A DNA stretch of 64,000 nt, taken from the NCBI GenBank assembly GCA_021613535.1, contig CP075497.1, positions 2,294,001-2,358,000 of the forward strand, given 5' to 3'. Of this stretch, positions 14,640 to 28,207 are shown in pieces. Below the pieces are notes generated by a model, which was not told where the DNA came from, made no database searches, and saw nothing but the letters and a program-made list of their open reading frames with translations. A program made the position numbers and the translations under genes. Source of the stretch: Adineta vaga (taxonomy: Eukaryota; Animalia; Rotifera). Within the stretch, counting starts at the first letter, position 1. Each line of letters starts with the position of its first letter.

Positions 14640-17600
14640 ATGCCTTACAGAAATGAAACCAGTGACTGGATTCAACGTCCATCATCTTCACAAGGCAATC
14701 TTCAGAGTCATCCATGCTTTCAATCAAGTTTACTCGATGATGGACATGCACCTGGTTCTGTTCAAGAATGGAAAAAGTCTTTGTCATCACATCGACCTCA
14801 ACTTCGAATGACAAATGTCGATCGAAATGCAGAAGACTATGATCAAAATCTCGAAGTCAAAGCTTATTTTCAATCAGTAAATCAACCTGATCTTGTTTCC
14901 TCTTCTTCACATTTATGTTTCTTGTTTTTAGTTTAAACATCTGAGACGTTTAACAATCTCAAATCCGAATAATATTCAACAATATGAAGTGATTCTGTTG
15001 AAACGAGCAAAGAGTTATGCATTAGTTGGTCTCAAAGGAGAAGTAAAATCACACTTTCTGTGTTGTTAGATGTGTGATTGTTATTCTTGTGTTGTTTTAG
15101 TTGAAATCTAATGAAGCAGAAGAATCGGAAGTAAGCACTTGTTTGTTTCTATTGTTCTAGTTCATGTTGATTGATGCTTTGTTTGATTGTCAAAGGGTAG
15201 TAGACATTCTCCAACAAAGAAAACTGACAAGGTAAAACATCATTTTGACAATCAACAAATCTCAATATCATAATGATTTGATTTAGAAGATGGACAATGG
15301 TGAACAGAATGATCGACAAGTAAACACCGACACTGCAGTGATGATGATGCAACATTACTTCTGATTTGATTTAGATCGAAGAAAGACTCGATATCAATAC
15401 ATTGGAAGCAATCAAGAATGCTTTCATACAAGACTCGTCATCTTCAACATCATCATCATCATCAATGCTAAAGAATGTTCATGTCGATGCATCTGGACAA
15501 ATGACTTTACATGATTTCACTCGAGTTCTCAAACGATATCTTGGACCACAACGAGGAGTATGATCGATCCTGTTCTTTCTCTCTCTCTCACTCTTTTTAT
15601 TTCTCACTTGTCGACTAGATCGATGAACAAATCGAAAATCTGTTCAATAAAATTGATTACAATGCAGAAGAACTGATCTCGTGGGATGAGTTATGTACAT
15701 TTCTTCAGTTGAACTTTGATGAAAAGTCTGATGCTGAACAACGTGACAAAGAAGTGTCATTCATCATTCCAGCAAAGATTCACAAAACACCACATCGATA
15801 TCCATGTTCAACTATTGCACTTTCTGCTGATCATCAATATTTGGCATTAGGAAGTGTAAGTATCAATCATCGAGAATCATCTGTATACATCTTCAAAGTG
15901 TACATGAATAATAGGATGGAACTATCTCAGTTTGGACAACAAATGGTGAACCAAAAACAACCAAGTCGATTGCAGTAAGTGAATTTTGATCGACAGAATG
16001 TCAGATGAAACTCGTGAATGGTTGTTGTAGTCAAGTGCAGGCATCACTCAAACATTAACAGCAAGAGAACGGTTAGAAAAAGTGAGATTGTCCTGTTGTT
16101 TTCATCGGATCATTCAGTGATTTTGTTGTAGAGAAAAGATGAACAAACTCGATCTCAACCAAAATGGATCACTGATTGTCAAATCATTGCTGAGTTCAAT
16201 AAAGTTGTTGTTAGTACTGGGTAAGAATGAAGAGAGAGATCTTGAGGGTGTCTATTGATTGTGTTGATCATAGTGATCGTGAACTTCAGTTTTGGGATCA
16301 AGCATATTGTTTGAGTACAATTCGTGAAGTAAAAGCCAATGAACTACCATGCACACAAATATCTTCACTTGATAGTGTACCCATCAAACTTAACTTTGGG
16401 TAATAACAAGTTCTTTCACATATCTCTTTTGTCTCTCGTAATCAAGATTATCTTCGTATAGAATTCCATCAGCAGATGAATTGATACTTCTGTATGGTGA
16501 CACAGAAGGATGTGTGAATATCTTGATCTTCTTTGCTGCTCGAGAAGTGTTTCGATTGTTAACCAATGTTGAACGTCGCAAAGGTATTCCAACAATCACA
16601 TTAGATCGTTTTCTTGAAACATTCAAATGTGATTATATTCGATGGCAAGTTCATCGAGAATGGATCGGTATGATGAAGAGAGAGAGAGAGTGTGTGAGTT
16701 TGTAATGGTATTTCGTGTGTTTTGTAGAAGGTATTAGTTATGATCCACGATTGAATCAAATCATTTCATGTTCGAATGATTCACAAACAGCTGTTGTCAT
16801 TGGTTGTATTCGAACAAGTCCAAGTGCAGAAATTCAACTGACTGAAAATGGTTTTTCTGAGCTCAAATCGCGTCCAATCAAATCAGCTGATCCAAAATCA
16901 CGCAAACATCGACAAACAGCATTGACAGGTTAGTCATCATCATATCTCTCTTTCTCGCTCTGTTTCTATATTAACTGCATCGATGAATAGAAATCAGTGA
17001 AGAGAAGGCTGCATCATTATCATCACGTGCTCGAACGAAACGAGATTCGATAGTATCTCATCAGACTCATTCATCTCAAGATACTCATTCACGAAAAGTA
17101 CCAGGAAATGAAATGAGAACTGACTCGATGAACATGGCAACGACCGCAGCAGCGGGTGGAGCAGACGGAAGAAAAAATGGATCTGTTCGTGGTCAACCAA
17201 TCATTCGTGCAGCTCAAACGCGATGTGATGTTGATCAAACAGTGTTCAAAGTGCAGAAAGGTGTTCGAACATTTGATTTATGTATAGAAAAGAATGTTCT
17301 TGTGACTGGTGGAATGGATCGTGTTGCGAGAATTTGGAATCCATATTTACCATCTCGACCAGTTGCTCGACTTCGTGGTCATAGTGCACCTATATTTCTT
17401 GTGAAAATAGCGATGGAAGATAATCGATTATTTTCGATCTCCACTGACAAAGCTGTACTGGTAAGCTTAGTTTTGATTAATTTTTATTTTAACAAATCAT
17501 GTTGTTTAAGTTATTGACAATAATTCCTTGGTTATAAGGGGCAAAAATATAGAAATCAGTTAGATTTATTCCGAGTATTCTTGTGTTGACCGATGATTTT

Positions 17601-20600
17601 TGACTTGTTAGCCGAGTTTTATTTTGTAACGTACTCTGTAATGATGAAGTGTGTGTAGTTTGATAAACTTTAAGTGGAGGAAGTGTTACCGTACCATTTG
17701 GTATAACGTTAAGAAACGATGGAATATCTGTGAGAGTATAATTAAATTGATCTAATATCCAATTGATTGCAAACTTATCTTTTCGTAGTTTTCCCTGTGG
17801 TGTGTAGAGACGCACTGCATACATCCATGATATATCATCCCACATTGAATGATATTTCATATTGGTCCATGTGTAGTTCTTTTCAAGTGGTGTTTTCCAT
17901 AAATCTTTTCCATATTCTCCATCGAGATATTCGATAGGTGAACATGGAACTGAGAAACGATAACCAAATAGATCACATGAACATAATTTTTCTAATAACG
18001 GATGAGTACGTCTAAAATATAATAGTTTATTATGTCAATTTTGATCTAATCTGTGAAATAACGCATGTAACTATCAGTCTAGTGAATTTTTAAAGTTCGA
18101 TGTCTTCTAAAACTATTCTGTTTCAATATGTTTAAATTCGTTCTGACTTCTTTATTTGTTATCATAAGGATTAGTATACCTGTATTTTCTTCGATATAAC
18201 TGAAACCCAGACCATCGATGGACACCATCAGGGTACGTCCAAAATAAATCTAATGTATAACGTCCCGTATACAAACGAAACTCTAGTGAATCGTTGATCT
18301 AATACAAGTGAATGCGTAACTAAACTAAGTTTTTTAACAAACTACTCACAAATCCTAATGCGCTCCATAGATACACGATAGGATTTCCCAAAAAATGATT
18401 TCGTATACTTTCATCATATTCTTCAGCAAACAAACCAAAATCTGAATCTTCTGTGTAAGGTATTAAACCACAATGACGATACCATCCTTTCATATGAATA
18501 TATTTCATCGAAGTCAAAAATAAAAATAAACATTTAACATACCTAATAGAGCTCCACCAGCAAGCCAATAATGTTTTTCTAATTTATCAAGTATCTCAAT
18601 TACATGTAGCATTGGTAGAACAGTTGAGTTAAATTTACTGGCATTTTGATATAAATGATAAACATTTTCCATTTGATCAGCTAAATGACGATTACAATGA
18701 AGAAATTCAGATGTTTCATACAACCAAATGAAATGTGAAACATTTCTTGGATAATAAAATAAATATTCATCTAATTCACTTTCAATACTAACATAGAAAA
18801 TAAGCAAACAAGCATTTCTTTCATCATTTCGAAGAGATCTTACTGTTCAACAGCACGTAGTTTATCACCATAGGAGAGATGAATCTGATCAGAGAGGAGA
18901 AAATGATTTTGATGAACAAGATAAAATGAATGATATCGATGTAGAACAGCTAAATGAAGAATTTTGTGTTCATAGTTAATAAAAATATGATCGATAGAAG
19001 TTTTATGATTTGTTAGAATAGTGGTTGATGTTTGAATAGAAAAAGGAGTATTTTGAAGTGTTTGTAATAAGAGTTGAACTGATTCATCGATAATAGCAAA
19101 TGTTATTAATTGTTTGTCTAATTCATCGAAGGGTAATTGATAAATATAAAGAGATTCGAGAACAAATGGATCGATTAAAATCATATTGATTCTCATTTGA
19201 TATAGTTGATTGATAATGTAATAGAAAGTAGAATTTGATCGGTATTTATACCGACTGGCTTTCTATTGAAAACTCTTTTGCTATTATCGTAGTTTTAAAA
19301 TTGTTCTACTTACCTGAACTTCACGAAAATCTGAAGATTGTTTTAAATTTTGCATAGCCAACCATAGAACAAGATAAACAAGAAACAATAGTAAAATAAA
19401 TGCTTTATTGCGATGTAACAAACGAATCAAACCCATTGACTACAAGTAAATGTACTAATATAATCAAATAGAATTGCTATGGACAGAAAAACAACAGGTA
19501 TTCAGATTGTAATTGTTGATAAAAGTTATTCTATTAATTTACATCGTTTATATGAATAAATAGTCCAGTAGAATAATCTAATTTTCACAGATGTCGAGTT
19601 TGTAGAACGAATACAAGATATATAATAAAAATGCTTTAATAAAATTTAACGATGTCTGTGAAAAGACGTTTTTTACGTGTTAAAATTTGAGTTTCTCTGT
19701 GATTTAAAAGTGAAAGTAATTTTAATCGAATAACATCTGCAATTCTTTTTTCTTCTTATACGTAAAACGTTTTTTCTATCCATGAAAACATACATTGAAA
19801 GCCAACGAAAAAATTCTGTTTACAGATGAAGAAGAAACGATTAGTTCTGATGTTTTTTTCTACGCGTGTTCTTTCAAAGCGAAAAAAAACGTTTTCTTCG
19901 GATGCATTACGATTGCACATAATAACTTTCACAAGGTACGTTTTATTATTCAATGTTTCAATCAGCACACATTGGTGGATGAACTATAAATGCAGTGAAT
20001 AGGAAGAAATTTGTTTTCGTGCATCTCTAATATACGAAGTTCAGTAATTAGTGTAATGAAAAGTAATCTATGTTATGCAATCCCTCCGATCTGACTTGTA
20101 ATTTTTCTCTAAGATTAGTTTTTCTGTTTGAATCTACAAAAGAAAGATTTAAAATTTGAATCTAGCTTATAAACCTTTGAAATTGATATGACTCATTTTG
20201 TTTTTTATTTAGGTATGGGATCTAATTGAACATACACTTCTCGCTTGTATTCGACCAAAAGTTCACAAAATACGTGGAGATCTACAAGCTGTTTCTTATA
20301 ATCATCACACACGTTCTCTTCTCTTTGCAAGTGAACAAATTACATTTCTTAATCTCAAATTACGGTTACTTGCAATCTCTTCTTTTTCTCCATTCACTCA
20401 TTTCTTCTTTCATTCTTCATAGACCTTATCTTCATGCTGATGTTGTTGTTTCACATTATGAATCCATTCTTGGTCTTCTATTCATCAAAGAATTTAAACA
20501 AGTCATTTCATGTACTGAACATGGTGTTGTTCGCTTATGGGATTTTCTAACAGGAAGAAAAGTTCATGAATTTCAAGCACATCAAGGTCAAGCGATCACA

Positions 20601-22421
20601 TCGATGGCATTAGACACAACTGAACGAAGACTTGTCACTGGTAGTCGAGATGGATCATGTGCCATTTGGAATGTTCACAATGGACAACTACTCAAAATAT
20701 TCAAAAAACCTCATGGTTTCAACACTTCTTCCTTTCACATTCTCATACACACCCTCTCTTCTTTCTCCTTTAGATTCACTCGAAATCACTGCTGTGGCCT
20801 TTGTTGTTGTCAACAATAATTGTTCAATCTTAGCTGTTGGATGGGATAAACATGTCAATGTCTTCAATGATGATCGAGAACAAATCAAACAAGTGTGTTA
20901 TCCAGATGATCGATTTTGTAAAGGTGATGATGTTCATCATGGTCATCGTGATGATATTCTATGTATCGATAAATCTCAAGGTGATTTGATTGCAACTGGT
21001 GATTATGGTGGAACAATTATTGTTTCGAATCTATCAAGTAAAAAGATCTTTGCTACTCTCAGATATACAAAACAACAACATCAAGATTCTCACGGAGATG
21101 AAGACAAAGGTGAAGGTGAAAAAGAATCCTTTGAGATGAATGAACTTTCTGTATGTTGTAGAGAATCCAAATGATCGAGTTGTGAGTCGTGTGATATTTA
21201 TTGATTCGAGATTTGGTCGACATGATTCAGCTAATCTGATTAGTAGTGGTCCATATGGTGAAATCCATTTCTGGAATATTTATAAGAATGGAGTTTTGAT
21301 GGCCAAGTTTCGACCAGTAAATCCCTTTTCTTTTCTCATGAAATCGAATGGGATGGAATGAAATGAATGATTGTTTAGAATCGAGAAAGAAAAACTATAG
21401 TCACACAAATCAAACTTGATCACACATGTCGATTGTTATTTGCTGCTGATTCGTTAGGTAATTCACTCACTTCTGTCATTACGACGATGTCACTTCTTCT
21501 ATGTTTGTGTAGGATTTTTGTTTATCTATGAAGTGGAAAGATATGCACTTCATCATGAATCAAGTCCACCTCATCGTAAGTTTTATGTTGATCAATAGTT
21601 GTTACCATGCATTGTTTCATTCTCAGGTATTCGAAGTTGGCGAGGTCATGTCGATAGTGTCACTGGTCTCGAATACATTGAACAAGGTAATCACACAATC
21701 TTCACAAGTTCTAGTCTCATCGATTCATTCTCATAGCTCAAGTGATCATCACTTCTTCACTCGATTGGACTCTTCGATTGTGGAATCTACATGGCAATTT
21801 CATCGGTAAATCACATTTGATGTCTTCTTCACTAATCCATATATTTATATCGAATGATGATATGAAAAGGTACCTTTGGTCAATCGCTTCCATGGAATCT
21901 GTATGATCCTGCAACATATCAGCATCCATCAGTACCTCTCGATGTTCTCACTGATCCAAGAAGTTTACCCAAGAAGATAGTTCCAAATGAACAAGACGAA
22001 GAAGAAGACAGAGACAAAACAACAACAACAACAACAACTACAACAACGACAGTAGTAGGCTTTGAATTTCTGCAAAGAAGATAACTATTGAATGATGACA
22101 TAGGTACCAAGTACAGTTGTACATAAACATACTGTGATTGATGATGAGACAATTGCAAATAATGTTCATGATACATTGAGTAGAGTTCGAGAAGTTCAAT
22201 CAGCTGGATTAGCTGGTAAAAGGTGAGTTATGAAAATACTATTTGAAAATGATCTTATAATCTGTGAATGTATGAATGTATGTGATAGACTTCGATATTT
22301 TCATGATAAACCAAATGTTGCAATTCGTCGTGATGGTTCGAGTCATTATCAACATTTGCGTTGTTATGCTATTGATGACAATCCTCCAACGATGTCAACA
22401 TTAAACAATGCAACAGTTTAA
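14640..22421 (+). CDS. EF-hand/WD40 protein of the WDR49/WDR64/WDY family, copy 2 (apparently complete, many exons)
   Basis: EF-hand-like EQIENLFNKIDYNAEELISWDELCTFLQL is followed by many WD40 exons. Large intron ~17461-20212. The start codon is tentative. Confidence 0.85.
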
Positions 22422-22479
22422 TTTAGTAATTCAGTGAAATGAGAATATGATAAAAAAAAACAATTGTTAATACATTTTT
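16711..22479 (+). repeat. Segmental direct repeat of 1-6881
   Basis: Exons and small introns are nearly identical to 1-770 and 4570-6881. Homology ends just after the stop/3'UTR. Confidence 0.92.
17489..19436 (-). CDS. Fukutin/LicD-family phosphotransferase, nested antisense in the WD40 copy-2 intron
   Basis: Same six-exon layout as 900-3237. Core reads YWLAGGALLG|WYRHCGLIPYTEDSDFG. The 3' end is uncertain. Confidence 0.82.
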
Positions 22480-22969
22480 TATTGATTTCTTAAATATATT
22501 TTGATCCTGTTTTGTATAAACAGATTGTATGTCTCTTCGTCGAACTATTTCGGTCATTCGTATTAGTATTTTCTCAATTTCCATAGTTGTGCTCTATACT
22601 CTTTAACTTTGATACAAAATATGAAAATTTTCTCTCAGAATTGATATCGGCTAATTCAGCATTACATATATGACGCATGCATTGACATTATAATTGGTAT
22701 CCGCCGAACAAAATATCAGTAAACAAACTCAAGCTATATTTCAAGTCATCATATGAACGATTATTATTTTATTTTGATCATAATTATATACGCACACAGG
22801 AATTAGAAAAGCAATAATAAAAAACAACTTGATTTTTCTTTTGATTCGGAATTAGAAAATTCACTTCACCTACTGCAAAAGTTAGAAAAAGATGATACAC
22901 ATACAATACTAAGTGATAGACAGAGTAAATGAAAATGAGGGAAGTTCATCTAATGATAATGTTCGCATT

Positions 22970-23767
22970 TTATTCAACAATACCCGATCGAGCAATGCTA
23001 ATTTTAGCTTTTGTTGAACCCGATTGTGAACCTAAGCTTTCAATCTTCTTGACAAGATCCATACCATCAACAACTTCACCAAAGACAACCTATTAAAAGA
23101 TAAGAAAGAGACTTTGAAACAAAAGATATCGAGCTTTCTGCAGCTATTTTACATGTTTGCCATCAAGCCATGGTGTAACAACTGTAGTAATAAAGAATTG
23201 AGAACCATTTGTATTTGGACCTGCATTAGCCATAGATAAAAGTCCAGGTTTTGTATGTTTCAGTTGAAAATTTTCATCAGCAAATTTTTCACCATAGATA
23301 CTAAATGAAATAAATCGTCAAGTAAGTTTTTTTTATTGAAATTAAAGATGCGATAACGAATTTACCTTCGACCGCCAGTACCATTACTATGAAAAGATAG
23401 GTAAATGATATTTTTACAATTTGACTCTGCTTGATGAACTTACTGTTTGGTAAAATCTCCACCTTGAAGCATAAATTGTGGAATAACACGATGAAATGAA
23501 CTACCTTGATAACCAAAACCTTTTTCACCTGTGCATAATGCTCGAAAATTAGCTAAAATATGACATTTCATAACACAAAGATAAGAAAATCTTTTTTGAT
23601 AATACCTGCGGTTTTCGGTACAATTTCATCAAAAAGCTAGAAACGAAAAAAAATGGAAGAATTAGTTTTTTGAAAGCCAAAACCCCGTTGCTTATTACTC
23701 TGAATGTGATGCGACCAATTGGATTGTTATCAACTGTAACATCAAAGAAAACTTTCTTGCCAGTCAT
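22970..23767 (-). CDS. Cyclophilin-type peptidyl-prolyl isomerase, cytosolic CypA-like (6 exons)
   Basis: Spliced: [89 protein letters not shown]. Confidence 0.95.
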
Positions 23768-24097
23768 TGTTTGAACGATTTGATAAAACAAGCAATTCAA
23801 TCTAGAATACTAATTGACATTAGCATTGTAGTGAAAATATTAGTTAACCAAAAATAAACAGAAGAAAATACTGACAGAATGTCCATTGCACAATATGTAT
23901 AAACGCATATCTATATATGGAAATAAGGATACATAAAGAGAAAAATAGATACACCCCACAACATCTGACAACAGACTAATTGATAAGAAAGTAGAGAGAG
24001 AAAAGAAAACAGATTGAGATCATTTTTAGAGAATATCAACTCAAAAACAAAAAAAGGCAAAAAAATTCGATGTTTCAAACACTGCAGAGAAGAATTT

Positions 24098-26150
24098 CTA
24101 TTCAACATTTAATTCCTGAAGTAAATTATTCGATGATTGTTGTAAGGAACACGTCGGTAATTGTGATAACTAAAACGAAACAAATATCAATTTGTATAAT
24201 GAAATTCAATCGAACTTACCCGCATTACAATTGATCTACAATTCATATCCTTAATAACCGTTCTGCACGTTGAATCTTTTGATAAACTCGTTAATGTTAT
24301 AATAATCGACTCCATTAACATATCATATCGATGATTTTCTTCGGAAAATTTCATTCGTTCTCGATCTAAATTCATGAGTAATTCAATTAATTTCTGAACT
24401 GCATTTTGTTCACATAAATATGGAATTATTGTTTGAGATAAAGATAAATTTCGAATTAAACTAACTGTTGCTTTGATGATTCCCCAATGTTCTTTGAAAT
24501 GTTTATCCCGAAATAATTTCACAATATTTCCAATTCCATAAGATTTTCGAATAATTTCTCGTGCTTCATTTTCCAACTCATGTCGAGCTGTTACATGTCG
24601 AAGTGTACATAACTAAACGAAATTCATTCGAAAATTTTTACTCAAAACAAATCCATAAGTTTTCAACATACTGCTGCTTCGATCAGATCATTATTTTCAT
24701 CCGAATTCATCATTAATTTCTGCATGACATTTTGTACACCGTGTAATTTAACAAATAAACTTTTATTTATTTGATTATCTGCCGTTAAATTACTGAGAAT
24801 TTCTAAGGAATTAATAACCGATTGACGATCATCACTTGATAACATTCCAGTCAATTGTTGAATTAATGAATCAATATCACGCTAAAATAGGACAACAATT
24901 GATGAAATACAAAAGTCTAATCGATTATATTTACCATTCGTGTTGCTTGATTGGAAATATTTCTCAATGTCGTAAGACAATTATGTCGAATTCGTATACT
25001 TTTCGTTGTACGTAAATGTTTTTCTAAGATACTCAATCCATTGAATTGTAAAATAATACGTTTATTCAATTCATTTCCTGATGAGACAATTGGAAGTAAT
25101 TTTGATATGGTTAATAATAATTTATCATATTTATTCGTATCAAAAATTGAGAGAAGACGTTGAACACATTCTTCATTATTTTGTATGCAATGTTTTGATT
25201 TAGTATTATAACTGGACATTTTTAGTAAACTATCAGTTACTAATGTTAATAATTTGTCATTCGGTCTATCTAACAGATGAATAAACTTGACTATACCATC
25301 GCATCGTTGAATTTCATCAGCTGCTTGATTTTGAAGAACAATTAAAAAATTATGTAATGTTGTTATCACATAATTGACAATATTATCTGCACAGCTGAAA
25401 ACAAAATGTTATGTAAGAAGAAAACGTTTATCGATTTAATTGTCTTACTCAAGAATTTGAAGTAATCGACCAATGCCTCCACAATCATAAATGACACGTA
25501 AACCTTCTTGTTGTTGAGAAAGTGAATGAAATAGATTAGCTAATGCATGTGTTATTTTACCATCACCAATATCTTTCGAAAATGTTTCCAATAAGCTGTT
25601 AATTAACTAAATGAAATAATTGACTTAAGAGAAAAGAGAAATAAAACAAAGATCTTACTTCTCGACTTTGAATGACTTCCGATCGACTTTCATTTCCTTC
25701 TTTTACTAATATATGTGTAAGTGAAACAGCCTCACGAACAATAACTGGATCATCTTCCATCAAGAGATTGAGTAATTCAGGTATAACTTGAGATGGTTCT
25801 GGTTTTCCTGGAACTGTTTGCATTTCTGTATATTGTGGATGTGTATTTTCAATATCATTAGGTAAACGAGAAGGCATTTGTTCATACATAGGTGCACCGG
25901 ATCCATGATGTGTCGGACCTGTACCTGTCGAATCAATGCTACGTAATGAAGCTGGACGAGAATTAAATCCTGAATCACGTTGTGATGTACAACCATTTGA
26001 CGTTGAATATGTATCATCAAGCCACATAGATGTATGACTATCAGAATTGATAGGTTGTAATTGATTTGAAAGGAGTGGATGTTGAGGATGATGTATATGA
26101 GGTTTACTAGGATGAGGAACTTGATGATGCATTGCTGGTGGATAATCCAT
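24098..26150 (-). CDS. Divergent, C-terminally short beta-catenin/armadillo paralog (degron-bearing)
   Basis: DSGFNS degron. ARM repeats with beta-catenin signatures (IPELLNLL, TTLHNFL, LRNISNQAT, LSNLT, LCTLRHVTARH, W.IIKATVSLIRNL). The last exon ends LQELNVE* at 24098. Confidence 0.85.
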
Positions 26151-26758
26151 GATAATTAACTAAGAAATAAAAGTGATATGAATTGTACAGTGTTCATTAT
26201 TCTTACCTAATCGTGTTTAATATGTATATATTCAATGAATGATGATGAACTCGAATGAGAAGGAGAGGAGAAGAGAAGAACGCTAGGCAACCGACACGGC
26301 GGCCGCTCTTTGTCCGTTTTTCAACGGATATTCATTTTTCGTTGTCTTTTATCAACCAATAAAAAACATTGCTTTGGTTACTTGTTACTATCGAATATCC
26401 TCTGTTCTACTTCTTACAAGTACATCTCTTACGTCTTCATACTATGATAGTTTTATTATATCCAGAACAAATAATCTCATATCTATGAACATTTACTCTT
26501 ACGAAGTAAACGAATGATTTGAATTTATGACGCCATCTATCAAAATTGAAATTTTGTACAATCATTGTTGAAGATAAAGAAAAAATTCCAATCGATAAAC
26601 AGTTCATTAAGCCACTTATAAGCTCTTTTTTATTGTTTATAGAAAAAGAAACAGTTTACTGTCTTTCAACTAGAAAAAAAGGACCGAACACGGTCACAGG
26701 GTTAGAAAACAGTACACTAGAATGAAAAGATGAGCTTTTTGGAAAACATTTTGGGTAA

Positions 26759-27885
26759 CTATTGTTTTGGCTTTTCACCATCTAATTCACCACAATCAGC
26801 AATTGTAATCTTCTTTTGAGTTTGACCGGATTGAGAACCTAACGCTTCAATTTTCTTCACTGTATCCATTCCATCGACAACTTCACCAAAGACAACCTTA
26901 ACAGAAAAAAAGAGATCAATGAAATGAACAAAACACAAAGATGTATTCGTACATGTTTGCCATCGAGCCAAGGTGTTGATTCTGTTGTAATAAAGAATTG
27001 AGAACCTAGAAAACCAACGATGAGAATTATCGAAGAGAATTCTGATCATTTTACCATTGGTATTCTTGCCCGAATTTGCCATTGAAAGTAAACCAGCTTT
27101 TTCATGTTTGATTTGAAAACTAGAATCGAATTTTAAAGTAAATATGATGTATATATTCAAATCAATTACTTTTCATCGGCAAATTTTTTTCCATAGATAC
27201 TAAAATAGATAAAATATAGATTTCGAAATATAAAAAGTTTACTCGTAGTGTTTGTTACCTATATCCACCTCTACCGTCACTAAAATACGAAAAGATTTTC
27301 TTTCGTGGGATTTTCAAATTGATTGATTTTACTTACTTTCGTTCGAAATCACCACCTTGTAGCATAAATTTAGGAATTACTCGATGAAAAGTTGAATTTT
27401 TATAACCAAATCCTTTATCTCCAGTACACAAAACTCGGAAATTCTCTAAAGAAACTCCATAGTCTTCATTTCCTTTGAACTTTCTTTCTCTTCATACCTG
27501 CAGTTTTTGGAACCACATCATTATAAAGCTAATATTTTTCAACGGAAAAAAAGTTTTTAAATCTAATCATTAAATTTTAATTCAACTAACTTGAAATGTA
27601 ATACGTCCAAGTGGCTTATTTTCCACATTTACATCACTAAATTTCCAAAAATAAAATAAAATATCATAGAAACAAAAAAGTAAATTACAAGAAACATTTT
27701 GATCGAGGAACATCTTTTTTCGATGATCCGCCACTGAATATTCCAAATGTTCGTTGTAAACCACATGATTTCTGTGTTAATAAAAAGAAAATCTCGTTTT
27801 CTTTTTCAATATAATAAATTCAATCAAATGATAAAACCTGAACATTTGATGTAAGAACAGTTCGAAGAAGTGTACGTGGAATCAT
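26759..27885 (-). CDS. Cyclophilin with predicted mitochondrial presequence (CypD/PPIF-like, multi-exon)
   Basis: Spliced N-terminus [16 protein letters not shown]|[15 protein letters not shown] is Arg/Ser/Thr-rich with no acidic residues. It is followed by [41 protein letters not shown]. Confidence 0.88.
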
Positions 27886-28207
27886 TCTTCTTATCAGTTT
27901 ACTTTTTTCAAAAAGATCTACAAAGACAATGGAAGCACAAAAAAAATTTTTTTATTCATTATCATTCGTCAAAATCATGCGAAAGGAGATTAAATAAAGA
28001 GACATTACACACGCGCACACGAAAAAAAAATTGACATATTCAGATCTCAAAAAAACAAACAAACAAAGAAACAGAAATGATAATAAATGGATTGATTAAA
28101 AGAGATATCTAATCTTCTGACATAAGTAGATCGATATATATGTATGTATAGATATGTATATATGCACACCAATCAAAGAAATTCTACAACTACATTTCAT
28201 TTCATTT

